Of a stretch of DNA of 64,000 nt, positions 9,711 to 21,392 are shown piece by piece (within the stretch, counting starts at the first letter, position 1; every line of letters starts with the position of its first letter). This DNA comes from an uncultured candidate division Zixibacteria bacterium. GTDB lineage: Bacteria; Zixibacteria; MSB-5A5; RBG-16-43-9. The DNA lies in assembly GCA_963713865.1 (NCBI GenBank), contig OY970208.1, positions 768,001 through 832,000 on the forward strand. Direction: 5' to 3'. The notes beneath the pieces were generated by a model, which was not told the DNA's origin, ran no database searches, and saw nothing but the letters and a program-made list of their open reading frames with translations. The translations under genes and the position numbers were made by a program.

Positions 9711-12089
9711 TTATTTTATCAACATCATCTTCTTAGTCTCAGCAAAATCCTCAGAAATGATCTGATAAAAATAGACTCCACTGGAGACCATAATTCCATC
9801 CCTGTTCCTGCCATCCCAGACGACTCTATGATATCCAGCCGGGTAATACCCATCTACTAAGTCACAGACTAATTCTCCTTTAAGGTTAAATATCTTTAGA
9901 GAAACCGTTCCGGGTTGAGTTAGCTGATAATTTATCTGAGTTGAAGCATTAAAAGGATTAGGATAGTTCTGATTTAATCCGAATTCCTTAGGAATCTCAG
10001 GTGTTGTGTGGTGTCCTGGATTTTCCTCTTCTTCTATTTCTAAAGGAAATCCCCGATTATCCCGCAAATCGACCAGACTAAAAGCTAAAACAGGCTCTGC
10101 TTGTTCCAGAATCTCAAAGGTTATAATAGCTATCTCTCCAGAACCAATAATGGAAGTATTTGCTCCCAGGATTGCCAGGCTGACATCCACTTCATATCCC
10201 ATATCTTTCCCGTAAAAGAAAACCGGCTGAACGCTGTCTATTAACTGATAACTTCTCTTAATATCAATGAACTTAAGCTGTAAAGAATCGTAAGGAAGTA
10301 TAAAGTGGATGCTTTTAACTGTATCCGGATTGTTGTCTAAAAACACTTTTACCTCGAACTCATTACCTAAGATCCAGTTGTCCGTGGATTTGGTCAGCGA
10401 TAGACCCAGATCACTTGAAACTGCCTTACCTGAAGACCCGGACATAACTCTCAAATTGCCTACTACCATGTAATTCATAGCGAAGACGACTAAATCCTCG
10501 AAATCTATTTTATTGTCAGTAAGAGGAATGTCTTCTGCACTATTATTATAAGTGGGACCAATATCAAATTCAGGCAGATATCCTGTATCTCCCGCCTTTG
10601 TATCGTAGATCCCGGCAAAGATCGATAAATCACTAAAATAAACTCTGCCATCCCCATCGATATCACCTAACCAGTAATTAGTGGCTCGTGCAGTATCACC
10701 AGCTGAGAGTTTGGAATAATTTCCCGCACGGTCGTAAGCAAATATGCTATAAAAATAAGCATTTCGCGGGAAGGCAGCCACATCATTAGAGTCCTGATAA
10801 CTGGTTCCACTCCCTTTATACACCAACTGTCCTGAAATATGGCTTGCAGGGTATCCTGAAGGGACAGGATAGGAATCGTCATATTCAGGGTAAGCATTAT
10901 TAGCCCAGGGATTCTTTCGGATTTCCACTCCTTTAAAGCTTCCAGCCGGATTAGTCCAGCTCAATCTGCATTTCCTGTTCCCGGGTCTGACCACAAAATT
11001 AGCCGGAGAGCCGGGTGGGGTTGTATCATAGGTAAAGCTCCAATAATATGAACAGGTATCGTTGTTCACATTCCCCAAATCATCTATCACCCTGAAGAAT
11101 ATATGGTGTGTCCCTTCGGAAATCTGAGGAACTCTCCAGCTAATCGTGGTATCTGAGGAAGCAGAATTATAAGCCCACAATTCACTCCATATTCCTGAAC
11201 AGTTATCCAGTTGATAATATCCTCTATTTAATCCTAAATTATCAGTAAACCGGATGGATAGGGTGGGGAGATAATTAATGGTATCACCAGATAGGGGTGA
11301 GTTGACCACAACTGCAGGATGGGTAGTATCCGCGATTTGAATCTGGAGCGTAGCCCCGGAATTAGAGTGTAGTATGTTTTGGTTAGCAGAATCTCGCATA
11401 ACGGAATTGTTAAAACTTAGACTGGTTGATCCAGCCTGAGTGGATGTAAAGATTAATCCCAATAATTGTCCGGTTCCGGTAAAGCTTCCATCCAAGATCG
11501 CCAGGCTCATCACTACCGAGTCGGTATAAACATTATAAGATAAAAACGAGTTATCCGGAGGAGATAATGCTGTCCCCTTAATCACACTGTTGACCGTAAT
11601 ATAATTATGATCATACCGGATATTGAAAAGTGAAGCTTCCAGTCTGTTTACAGTTTCATTTAAGGAAATCCAGAGAGTATCAATATCACCTCGATTGACT
11701 GAAAGATAATTAGGAGAAAGGAAGACTATTAATGATGGCTGTAGATTTAAGGTAAAATGAAAAGTGCTTGACCAGTCGGAAATCAATGTATCCAGAACAG
11801 ATGAAATCTGCCTGTGCCTCCCCCTCCAGAAGTAAATTGCACTGGAAAGACTTTCCGGAAAGCTGGCATTATAAGTAAATTGACTATCAGGTTCGCAACT
11901 TAGCCAGCCTGACTGGGTTAAATTTCCAATAAACAGGCTATCAGTTGAAGTCTGGATTTGGATTGAATACAAACTATCCCCTGGTATGGTGGTAGAGCTT
12001 GTCTGGAATACAAGCGGGATCTGAACTTCAGCACTGCCACCTACGGTTAATAAAATATAAATCAATAAAAATATTTTAATACATTTCAT
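9711..12089 (-). CDS. Secreted multidomain protein: cohesin-like, Ig/FN3, dockerin-like, cohesin-like and FlgD/T9SS-type C-terminal domains
   Basis: Signal peptide; GDIDGDGRVYFSDL; QNYPNPFN...VWDG...SSGVYFY...KMMLIK tail. Confidence 0.85.
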   Translation of the reverse strand: MKCIKIFLLIYILLTVGGSAEVQIPLVFQTSSTTIPGDSLYSIQIQTSTDSLFIGNLTQSGWLSCEPDSQFTYNASFPESLSSAIYFWRGRHRQISSVLDTLISDWSSTFHFTLNLQPSLIVFLSPNYLSVNRGDIDTLWISLNETVNRLEASLFNIRYDHNYITVNSVIKGTALSPPDNSFLSYNVYTDSVVMSLAILDGSFTGTGQLLGLIFTSTQAGSTSLSFNNSVMRDSANQNILHSNSGATLQIQIADTTHPAVVVNSPLSGDTINYLPTLSIRFTDNLGLNRGYYQLDNCSGIWSELWAYNSASSDTTISWRVPQISEGTHHIFFRVIDDLGNVNNDTCSYYWSFTYDTTPPGSPANFVVRPGNRKCRLSWTNPAGSFKGVEIRKNPWANNAYPEYDDSYPVPSGYPASHISGQLVYKGSGTSYQDSNDVAAFPRNAYFYSIFAYDRAGNYSKLSAGDTARATNYWLGDIDGDGRVYFSDLSIFAGIYDTKAGDTGYLPEFDIGPTYNNSAEDIPLTDNKIDFEDLVVFAMNYMVVGNLRVMSGSSGKAVSSDLGLSLTKSTDNWILGNEFEVKVFLDNNPDTVKSIHFILPYDSLQLKFIDIKRSYQLIDSVQPVFFYGKDMGYEVDVSLAILGANTSIIGSGEIAIITFEILEQAEPVLAFSLVDLRDNRGFPLEIEEEENPGHHTTPEIPKEFGLNQNYPNPFNASTQINYQLTQPGTVSLKIFNLKGELVCDLVDGYYPAGYHRVVWDGRNRDGIMVSSGVYFYQIISEDFAETKKMMLIK

Positions 12090-12585
12090 CTTCAGCCTCC
12101 CTTCATAAGGTTAGCTTTACTATAACTATTTTTAAGAGACCTGCTAATTTTTCGAAATCGTAGGATTCTCAACGGAGGAAAGATCCATAAACCATTGGCA
12201 CCGGGAAGTAAGATATAGTGTTGTTCTCAAGCCTGGTTTATTACTTATGCTTATAATGTTTTTACCCCTCCCTCACAGATCACATCACCGTTTGGACATA
12301 CAAATAATGTGCCTGAAATTAACTTGATAGTTAGTAAGCAGTTAGCTTCTAAAAGATATCAAAAAACTGCTCACTATTTGAACAGTTTTAAAGCTTTTCT
12401 GTTTGTTCCTGATGTAAGTTCATATTTTGAAATAGTTTAATGTATAATAAGACGTCTGAACCATAGCTTTACATCTTTTCCAAAATGACCTCTTCTTCTA
12501 AAAAGAGCTTGACAATATCAAAAAGGATGATTATTTAATCCAGTGGGAAGTTGAATTAGCAATTATTCATAGGAAAGGAGAAGTT

Positions 12586-13995
12586 ATGAGAAAATCGATT
12601 TTGATTTTGCTTATTATCTTTTTCGGATTATTTACTCTGCCTCTCTTTGCTCAGGATCCAGGTATTGCTGATACAGTCAGATTGGCAACTATCTCTGGAG
12701 AAATCGGAACCCAGGTCTCTTTTCCGGTGTTCTTAGATAACGATGAAGAGTTGATCTCAGTAGTCATCCCGCTTTTGGTGAACGGATATTCTGGCTGGCT
12801 AAGATTCGATTCGGTCTCTTATGAGGGGAGTCGTCTATTAGACCCTCTAGTATTGGATCACCGAAAAACATATGTCTTCGATTCCGACACTTTCACCTTT
12901 GACAATTTGCTTTTATCTTTCTCTATCTCTTCTGGAAATAGTTTACCTGCTGGAGCAGGCAAGCTCTGCAATCTCTGGTTTACCTTGCATTTTGGCGGTG
13001 GGGTTTTAGTGGATTCCTTGCCTGATTCACCCCAGGGAAAACTACTGCTCACTGATTCAAACCAGCACTCTTTTACCCCACAATTCTTTTCCGGTCTGAT
13101 TGAGATTGCCTGTAACTATATGGTCGGGGATGTTGACCAGGATGGAAAAGTATCTATCTCTGATGTTATATCCATCGATAACATCTGGGAGTATGATTAT
13201 CATCTCAATTCTTATCCTGTTTACGACCGGTATGGTCGGGCAGACCTGAAGTGTGACCGCAGGTTAGATTTGCGCGATATCACCTATCTCTGCGGTTATC
13301 TTTTTCGGGGTTTTCCGCCACCATGTACCTGTGGAACTACCAATCCATCATATTATAATGATCCGGCACTTCCGGATACGGTCTGGGTTGAAAACAAAAC
13401 CCTGAGAGCAGGGATTCCTTCTTCGATTTGCATGGGTATAATCAATGATGAGCTTTTAAGCGGTTTGGAATTGAGATTCGAGATAGACGGGAACGCTGTG
13501 CTTGAGTGGGATGCGGATAGCGGGTTGGTACCAACTAACCGTTTAAAGGCTTTTACGCGTTGGGGTGGCGGTGAGCATGCTGATAGTATCAATCCGGAAA
13601 ACTTCAATCTATTCGCCTGGGGATATTTGGTTAATTTTACACCTGGAAGAGAGGCAGTTTGTTGTCCAGTTTTCACTCCCAAATCAGCTGGAACAGCAAC
13701 TTTCCATTTAATCCGCTGGGTGAACGGCAGTGAATCTATGCTGGTCACAGAGGATAATGCGGCCATCTTGCCTGCCTTATACGGTGGAACTATCACGGTA
13801 CTACCTGATCCAAATCACGATGGGATATTCAGCATTGCGGATGTGGTCTATTTGGTTGATTACCTGTTCAAGGGTGGGCCTGGACTCGATCCCTATGAAT
13901 CAGGAGATATGAATTGTGACGGTAAAGTATCTGTCAGCGATGTGGTCTATTTAATTAATTATCTTTTCAAAGGCGGACCACCGCCAGGGTGCTGA
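12586..13995 (+). CDS. Secreted protein with cohesin-like and dockerin type I repeats
   Basis: Signal peptide; GDVDQDGKVSISD, GDMNCDGKVSVSDVVYLINYLF. Confidence 0.88.
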   Translation: MRKSILILLIIFFGLFTLPLFAQDPGIADTVRLATISGEIGTQVSFPVFLDNDEELISVVIPLLVNGYSGWLRFDSVSYEGSRLLDPLVLDHRKTYVFDSDTFTFDNLLLSFSISSGNSLPAGAGKLCNLWFTLHFGGGVLVDSLPDSPQGKLLLTDSNQHSFTPQFFSGLIEIACNYMVGDVDQDGKVSISDVISIDNIWEYDYHLNSYPVYDRYGRADLKCDRRLDLRDITYLCGYLFRGFPPPCTCGTTNPSYYNDPALPDTVWVENKTLRAGIPSSICMGIINDELLSGLELRFEIDGNAVLEWDADSGLVPTNRLKAFTRWGGGEHADSINPENFNLFAWGYLVNFTPGREAVCCPVFTPKSAGTATFHLIRWVNGSESMLVTEDNAAILPALYGGTITVLPDPNHDGIFSIADVVYLVDYLFKGGPGLDPYESGDMNCDGKVSVSDVVYLINYLFKGGPPPGC

Positions 13996-14311
13996 AATAT
14001 AGTTTGATGTTTGTTCGTTTGGCGTTTGTTAGTAGGGGTTAGTTTCAAACCAGCCCCTAACTACTTATTATTTAATGGATTAAAGGCTAAGCTATCCACC
14101 TCAGTTGAATCGCATATAGTTAATTCCCCAAATACGACTTTTTTAATCTTGTTTATAACTTGACAGAATTTAAAAACTCATTATATTAAAGTTGAAGCAG
14201 GTTGTTTAACGTTCTTTTAACACAAGTAGTTTAATAGTGCAATAGTGAGGGGATGTTCTCATCCCCGTTATTTTTACCCGGGATGATACCATTCCAAAGC
14301 GAGTAAACCTA

Positions 14312-16297
14312 ATGGGAATAATAATGACAGTAAATAATAAATTCAATTATCTTCTGAAACAGGGTGAGAATATAACCAGATTAAAGATTATAATCCTGTC
14401 AGGATTTTTGATTTTTTCAATACCTGTATCAGTCTTTTCTCAGACGATAATCAAATCCTTCCCTGCTCCAGGTGCTGAGCCCAGGGGCTTAGCCTGGGAT
14501 GGGTCCTATCTCTGGTGTGCTGAATATTTCTCTGGGAAAATATACAAACTGGACCCTTCCAACGGTGCAAAAGTTGATTCCGTTTCCTTTCAGATAATGG
14601 GCGATTATGGAGGTATTACCTGGGGTAATAATGGTCAACTCTGGGTAGCTAATGGCAGTTATGTTTATGAAATAAATCCGGTTTCAGGTGATACCATCTC
14701 TTCTTTTCATTGCCCTGGGGGATGAGGTGCTACTTCCTGTGGACTGACCCGTGTGGCCAGCAACCTTTGGGGCTCAGATCGTAACTTGCTTCTTGTCAGG
14801 AAGATGACAACTTCAGGGGCACAGCTTTTCACCTTTAGTTTAGACATGGATAACCCGAAGGATTTAGCAAATGATAGTACAGACCTATGGTTGGTCACCT
14901 CTGATGGAAAGTTATTTAAATATAATCAAAATGGTGAGGTAGTGGATTCAATTATAGGTTTATTATCCAGCGGATGGGGATTAACCTGGGAGAACAAGCA
15001 TTTATGGGTGTCAGACCCTTCTTCTGACTCCATCTATGAGGTAAAATTGCCTCAATATAAGAATATTAGTGCTGACAGTGTTAAGAACTGGATAGAGAGT
15101 GGAGCTAATCTGGTAATACTGGACGTCAGGGAACTGTATGAGTTTGAAAGTTATGGCAGAATTCCAGATGCTATAAATCTTCCCTGGAATTCAGGTGTTC
15201 TGGACACAGCCTATACCCGGTTTTCTCTGAATGATACCATAATTGTGGTCTGCCATAGTGGCAACCGAAGTGCCCAGGCAAGCAATTTCCTGGATGGAAA
15301 AGGATTCCAAAATGTCTATAATATGTTAGGAGGAATGAACGTTTGGCATTACCCTGTAGAGGTTGGAGGACACATTTCTGAGAACGTTACCTGGGGAAAA
15401 GATAAAAGTCCTTTCATTGCAGTGGCAGATATTGTTCTCGATAGTGGCAAAACCCTTACCCTTGAGCCCGGAGTAAATTTAGAATTTGATGGATTCTTCT
15501 CTTTAGATGCTTATGGTAACCTTATAGCCCAGGGGACCCTCGATAGTAATATCAACTTTACATCCTATAATTTATTTTCGTCTAGATGGGAAGGAATCAG
15601 TATTTTTAAAGGCAGTAATAGCTATTTCACCTATTGCAGAATCGATAGTATAGAAAATGGAATCTTGTGTCTTAACTCCTCTCCTATCATTGAAAATTCA
15701 TGGATTATCGGTAATCAGAACTGTTTACATCTTTCTGGTACTTTTGCCAATCCCCCGATTTACAATTGCAAATTGCAAGCAGCAGTTAACAGCTCTGCTA
15801 TATTAATCCTGTGTGATTCTTCATCAGCTCCCACCATCACTTACTGCAGTATTATGGATGGGTTAAAAGGTATGGTCTCTAAAAATGGCTCTAATCCAAA
15901 GTTGAATTACGATAATATATATAACAATAATGATTATGGTGTATTAAATGAAGATTCCTCAGTGATTGTAGATGCAAAATATAACTGGTGGGGGCACAAA
16001 AGTGGTCCCTTTGATCCTGTAGATAATCCTGATGGGCAGGGTAACCGGGTGAGCCAGCGGGTTGATTATATCCCCTGGCTCCAGATCATTTTCCTCTATG
16101 TTTGCGGAGATGCGAATTCTGATTCTTCAACTACGGTTTCGGATGTGGTTTATCTCATAAACTATCTGTTCAAGGGTGGTCCTGCTCCTGATCCGATTCA
16201 AAAGGTAGATGTAAACAGTGATGGCAAAGTAACCGTCAGCGATGTGGTCTATCTGATCAATTATCTTTTCAAAAGTGGACCAGCACCCTGTGGTTGA
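14312..16297 (+). CDS. Secreted beta-propeller + rhodanese + beta-helix + dockerin protein with in-frame TGA at 14723-14725 (Sec readthrough candidate or nonsense lesion)
   Basis: ORFs 14312-14725 and 14753-16297 share a frame; GLxW..LW propeller repeats continue across the stop; rhodanese LDVRE...CHSGNRS; tandem dockerins. Confidence 0.75.
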
Positions 16298-16527
16298 TTT
16301 AAAAATTAATCTTTTTAACTAAATAGCAAGATTTTATTCTATTTCAAAACCTATCGTAACCTTTAACCGATTTCCATCCAGAGTTATCAGTTATCATGAA
16401 TCATTAAAGGGATTATACTTAGTCCCTTAATAGAGCAGGATAAGTGAACGAAAAAAGTCCAGGTCATTCAGTTGAAAAACCTCTATCCCTAAATGAGGAA
16501 TTACTTCTTATTATTAAAGCTGGATGG

Positions 16528-17301
16528 TTAAGAGGAATCCTTTGGTTCTTCCGTTTGTGGATTTAAAGGTGGTTCATATTCCTCTAAGGTTAGAAAACCA
16601 TATTTTAACATCCGGTTCAGGATTATCTTTCTTCTTCTCTCAAATCTTTTACTGTCTGAGGTGGGAGGGTATTTTCGGGGAAAGGGGAGGGAAGTTGCCA
16701 TCCGGATAGCCTCATTTGGCGTAAGGTCTGAAGAGGATTTTCCAAAATAGGATCGGGAAGCCGCCTCACAGCCATAGATTCCATCTCCCCATTCAATTAA
16801 ATTTAAATATAGTTCAAAAATTCTTCTTTTGCTTAATGCTTTTTCCAGGCGGAAAGCGATTAAGATCTCTTTCAGTTTTCTCAAAGGGTTTTTAGAAGGT
16901 GAAAGGTAAAGATTTTTAGCTAATTGCTGAGTGATCGTAGAAGCTCCTCGTGAAAATTTCTTCTTCTTCCAGTCGATCTTCAAAGACTCTTTCATCTCCT
17001 CCAGGTCTATGCCGCTGTGGGTAAAAAAATTTATGTCTTCTCCTACTAAGATTGCTTTCTTTAAATAAGGCGAGATCTGGCTATAAGGCACCCAGAGGTG
17101 ATGTTCTCTGGTTTTTTTCCCTTTTTTAATATATTCTTTGTTCCTTATCTGGATTAAAGAGGTAGTTTTGGGATTTTCCCTTTGTAGATATTTTACATCT
17201 GGCAGTGTCAGGTATTCGATAAGAAGGATAAGAACGAAAACCAGAATTAACCCCGAGATCACGTAACGCCATTTGAATTTTTTCGGTTTTAGAAAGCTCA
17301 T
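16528..17301 (-). CDS. mtgA: Monofunctional peptidoglycan transglycosylase
   Basis: EDINFFTHSG, GASTITQQLAKNL, RKLKE, LYLNLIEWG. Confidence 0.93.
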   Translation of the reverse strand: MSFLKPKKFKWRYVISGLILVFVLILLIEYLTLPDVKYLQRENPKTTSLIQIRNKEYIKKGKKTREHHLWVPYSQISPYLKKAILVGEDINFFTHSGIDLEEMKESLKIDWKKKKFSRGASTITQQLAKNLYLSPSKNPLRKLKEILIAFRLEKALSKRRIFELYLNLIEWGDGIYGCEAASRSYFGKSSSDLTPNEAIRMATSLPFPRKYPPTSDSKRFERRRKIILNRMLKYGFLTLEEYEPPLNPQTEEPKDSS

Positions 17302-17532
17302 AACTTCTATTTGGAGTGTGAAGCTTTAGCTTTACCCTTGGTCAATCTAAAGATTGACACTCCAGAGAAAAAAACGACTTGATAAATCAAGCAACTACAA
17401 ATCTAAGGCTTTATTTTAAACTATTAAGTAGAAAACTGCAACAGGATTTTATTATCTAATTTTATGTTTTATAGGCAGGTTGTATAGGTAGTAGTTGTAG
17501 GCGCGGGTTTGGAACCCGCACCTACAAAAAAA

Positions 17533-18793
17533 TTATTTTTTGGCATTTGGTCCTCCATAAGTTCCAATATCGCTTACGCTTCCATCCGGATCGGTTAAAA
17601 AGGGATTGCCTTTGTCGATCAAGGGGGAGGTCGGTTTTAGATGAAAATCTTGCTGGTTTTCGAGAAGAGGGTCAACTGATAAATTTCCGTTCTGCTCAGT
17701 TAAGTCTGGCAGGTCTTTATAGTTCCCGGCATTATTATTCCAGAACATCATTATAGGTTATGGAGAAGTTCGGATTTATATCTGTTGCCCAGATACCCAC
17801 ACAGGGGCAGACCCACTCTTTTCTCCAGCCATTTTCAGTGATAATATTATTTGTGCAGACCCCCTTGCACTCTGCGCTCCAGACTGCAAAGCCGCAGTTT
17901 CCATTGTGAGTGATAATATTATTGGATGCATCCATATAGGATGTGCCGGTGGCGATTATCCCCCAGCCTAGGTTTTCGTGCACTAAATTATTTCGGACAA
18001 CAGCTCTGGAATCACCAAAAGTCCCTATCCCCTTCCAGTAGCCGGAAATTTGATTCCGGTAAACTGTTGCGGTTGCATCCCAGGTTATTCCTATACCTGC
18101 TCCTCTTCCATCACAGATTATATTATCTGTAATGTAGGCAGTTGCTCCCCGATACAATGCCACTCCGTCCCAGCCATTGTTCTGAATCCGGTTATTCAAA
18201 ATAAATATCTCTGAGTTTTCTCTTCCAAAGATACCTCCAACTCCAACCACCACCCCTTCTATTTTATTAGTGTTATCTGAGATTTCCACCTCTTTAACTG
18301 TAACCGTGCTGAATTTGGTAACGATACCAGCATCTGTAGCATTTCCGTCCGGGTCCCTTTTACCCCCGGTTATTTTCAAGTCCGTGATAAGTGAATTTAG
18401 GCTGTTTTCAAATAAAACTCCATATCCAGCATTTGTGATTAAAATGGTCTTCTCTTTTCCACTACCGATTAGGCTCAAGCCTTTATTTTGAATTAAAAAG
18501 CCTCTGGTAGCGTTCACTTTCGTTTTATGTTCCTGACAATTGCCGCATAATTCTTCCATATATTCTTCTGGTTTTGCCTCATACGTTCCCGGAAGAATAA
18601 AGATGGTATCTCCATCCTTTGCCTGATCAAAGGCATATTGTAAATCCCTGAAGGGCTCCTCTTTTGTCCCGTTCCCGGTTATTTTATCCTTAAGGACATC
18701 TACATACCAGGTTCTTTGAGTTTGAGCAGATAAGTTTGTCATCGATATTAAAAGAAAAACAGAGAGTATTATTAATCGAGATAAGCATCTCAT
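17533..18793 (-). pseudogene. Secreted right-handed beta-helix (pectin-lyase-like) protein, frameshifted near 17745
   Basis: Main ORF ends YNDVLE*; the overlapping frame continues WNNNAGNY...SVDP...SPLIDKG...SDIGTYGGP, a typical beta-helix C-terminus. Confidence 0.75.
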
Positions 18794-18824
18794 ACTCTGA
18801 TCCTTTTTTAAAGGTTTTTCAAAG

Positions 18825-18890
18825 CTACATGCTACTTGCTACAGGCTACTGGCTTATTTAAAAGCTACCTGCTACAAGCTACATACTATT
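18825..18890. repeat. Short tandem heptamer-like repeats (GCTACnn)
   Basis: gctacat gctactt gctacag gctact ... gctacct gctacaa gctacat. Confidence 0.7.
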
Positions 18891-18893
18891 AGC

Positions 18894-19886
18894 TTATTTC
18901 GTTATCTCCAGAATCTTTTTAATTATTTTTTCATCCTTTGGCAATAAATCTACTGAAGGAAGTCTTTTGACCAGCTCTTTCCAGATCGGTTCTTTTTCAA
19001 AAATCTCTTTAAATATGGGCAAAGATTCATCCACCAGATTGTTGTTCACTAAGGCAGTCGCCTCCCAGAATTTTAACTCTATACTCTCAGGATACAATCT
19101 CTTTGCCTCTCCATATTCTTTCAGCGCAGTTTTGAGGTCTTTCTTTTCTAAGGCCAGGTCACCCAAATCCGAATGATGGTAGGCTTCTGCTATCTTGACC
19201 AATCTTCTGAGCTCTTTTAGAGGTTCAGGATTATCCTCCACCCTTAAATCGAGAATTTTATCCTGCCAGGGCTTGCCAGATGATTTCCCTTTAACGATTA
19301 AGATTGCAGCAGACTGTTTTCCTCTTATATCCCCTCCTTCTGCCTGAGCCGCATCCAGGGCGGAAAGCATCCTCTCAGCTAAATTTCCTTTAGTATTCTC
19401 AAAGGCTTTAGCCATAGCAGGCCAGACCTTGTCATTTAACATCAGGTTTGCCTGAACCGAATAGTTTTTACCAATGATATGACCCGCAGAGGGGATACAT
19501 TTGTCTCCAGTATGAGTGGCGACATTTCCTGAGGCATCGATCATCGCTACCTGGCGAACCGCATTATTCTTATCACCTGCAAGTAAAGCTTGCAGGGCTT
19601 CAGGGGCAGTTTTGCCAGCTCTCATTAAATCCAGACCTAAAGGGCCATAAGATATATCAACTAAAGATTGAGTAGCAACTACGCCCACCCCTGCCTCAGC
19701 CCAGGGGACTACCGGTCCAACTGAGAAATAGTGGGATTGAACCGCAACTCCCATTTCACCAGTTATGGTATCCCGGGCAACGATAGAATAGGTGTGACAA
19801 GGATAGGAATTGAATTCCTGCGAAGGTGAAGAATTGTAAGATAAAAACAGAATCGAGAATCCTAAAATGATTTCTTTATAATTCAC
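18894..19886 (-). CDS. DUF1028 (Ntn-hydrolase-like) protein with C-terminal TPR
   Basis: TYSIVARD, GVAVQSH, GGDIRGKQSAA, DLRVED. Confidence 0.88.
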   Translation of the reverse strand: MNYKEIILGFSILFLSYNSSPSQEFNSYPCHTYSIVARDTITGEMGVAVQSHYFSVGPVVPWAEAGVGVVATQSLVDISYGPLGLDLMRAGKTAPEALQALLAGDKNNAVRQVAMIDASGNVATHTGDKCIPSAGHIIGKNYSVQANLMLNDKVWPAMAKAFENTKGNLAERMLSALDAAQAEGGDIRGKQSAAILIVKGKSSGKPWQDKILDLRVEDNPEPLKELRRLVKIAEAYHHSDLGDLALEKKDLKTALKEYGEAKRLYPESIELKFWEATALVNNNLVDESLPIFKEIFEKEPIWKELVKRLPSVDLLPKDEKIIKKILEITK

Positions 19887-20306
19887 CTTTACCTCCTTAG
19901 AAGAATTTTAAACATCCCACCTTGTGGGTAAGGTGGGAATACCGATTTGTGGATGGTCTGACTTAATCGGTAAACCCGGGTTGCCCACAACCTGGGTTAA
20001 GCATAACAATTTCAAAATATGGTATTATTTTGAAAAAAGAATGTCAAGATAAAGTTGAGAGGTCTCTGAAAAACTCAAATCTGCAGGGCTGGGAACCCTG
20101 CCTACGAGCCTGCTGGGTTCGATAAATCGAACACCTACATTCTGATTCGTAGGGGCTTGATTTATCAAGCCTAAGTGCTTTTTCTATTTGACAATCTGGT
20201 GATTACTCCATTTATTAAAGTTGTTGAATATTCAACTCGATAGGTCGATAAAATAATAAGACCATAGCAAAAATATTATTGGAGAAATAAACTAAAGAGA
20301 ACTAAA

Positions 20307-21260
20307 ATGTCAAAGAATTTTGCGATATCTGGTGTGGCGGGATATATTGCTCCACGCCATTTGAAAGCGATAAAGGAAACAGGTAATAGATTAATGGCAG
20401 CAGTAGACCCCCATGATTCGGTCGGTCTTCTGGATAGTTACTTCGAAGACGTTAGCTTTTTCAAGGAATTCGAAAGGTTCGACCGGCATATCGAAAAACT
20501 GCGCCGACAGGGTGAAGACCAGCACGTGCATTACGTTAGCATCTGCTCTCCTAATTACCTGCACGATGCCCACTGCCGTTTTACCCTGCGGGTGGGAGCG
20601 GATGCTATTTGTGAAAAGCCGGTGGTTCTTAACCCCTGGAATATCGATGCCCTGCAGGAATTAGAACAGGAAAGCGGTAGAAGAATATATACAGTTCTGC
20701 AGTTACGGGTACATCCTTCTTTGATTACACTAAAAGAGAAACTGCAGAAAGAGGGACAAACTTCTAAAAAAGAGATCAATCTCACCTATATTACCTCCCG
20801 CGGTCTATGGTATTTAATTTCCTGGAAAGGGCAGGTCGAACGCTCAGGTGGTCTGGCAACCAATATCGGCATTCATCTATTTGATCTTCTAATCTGGCTA
20901 TTCGGCAAGGTCGAACATTCAGAGGTTCATCTTTCTACACCAACTAAAACTGGCGGGTATATGGAACTGCAGGATGCACGAGTAAAATGGTTTCTCTCGA
21001 TTGATAAAAATGATCTGCCGGATGAGACAAAGGAGAAGGGTAAAACGACATATCGCTCAATCACCATTGACGGACAAAAAGTAGAGTTCTCCGAAGGGTT
21101 CACCGATTTGCATACCATCGTTTATAGAGAAACTTTAGCAGGTAGAGGGTTTGGTTTAGAAGATGCCCGCCCCTCAGTGATCTTAGCCCATGATATAAGG
21201 AATGCTAAGATAATTGGAATAAATGAGAATTCCCACCCGTTGGTGAAGAAGATTCTATAA
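20307..21260 (+). CDS. Gfo/Idh/MocA oxidoreductase, WbpB/WlbA-like UDP-GlcNAcA 3-dehydrogenase
   Basis: GYIAPRH, CSPNYLH, CEKP, TNIGIH, EFSEGFTDLH. Confidence 0.88.
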   Translation: MSKNFAISGVAGYIAPRHLKAIKETGNRLMAAVDPHDSVGLLDSYFEDVSFFKEFERFDRHIEKLRRQGEDQHVHYVSICSPNYLHDAHCRFTLRVGADAICEKPVVLNPWNIDALQELEQESGRRIYTVLQLRVHPSLITLKEKLQKEGQTSKKEINLTYITSRGLWYLISWKGQVERSGGLATNIGIHLFDLLIWLFGKVEHSEVHLSTPTKTGGYMELQDARVKWFLSIDKNDLPDETKEKGKTTYRSITIDGQKVEFSEGFTDLHTIVYRETLAGRGFGLEDARPSVILAHDIRNAKIIGINENSHPLVKKIL

Positions 21261-21392
21261 ATTACGATTAATCAAACTAACAAGGGTTTAATAAATCAAG
21301 CTCCTACAGAAAAATATTTGTCGGGGTTCGATTTATCGAACCCCGAATCTCTTACCAACACAAGTTTATTTATGAATAAACAAATAAAAAAC

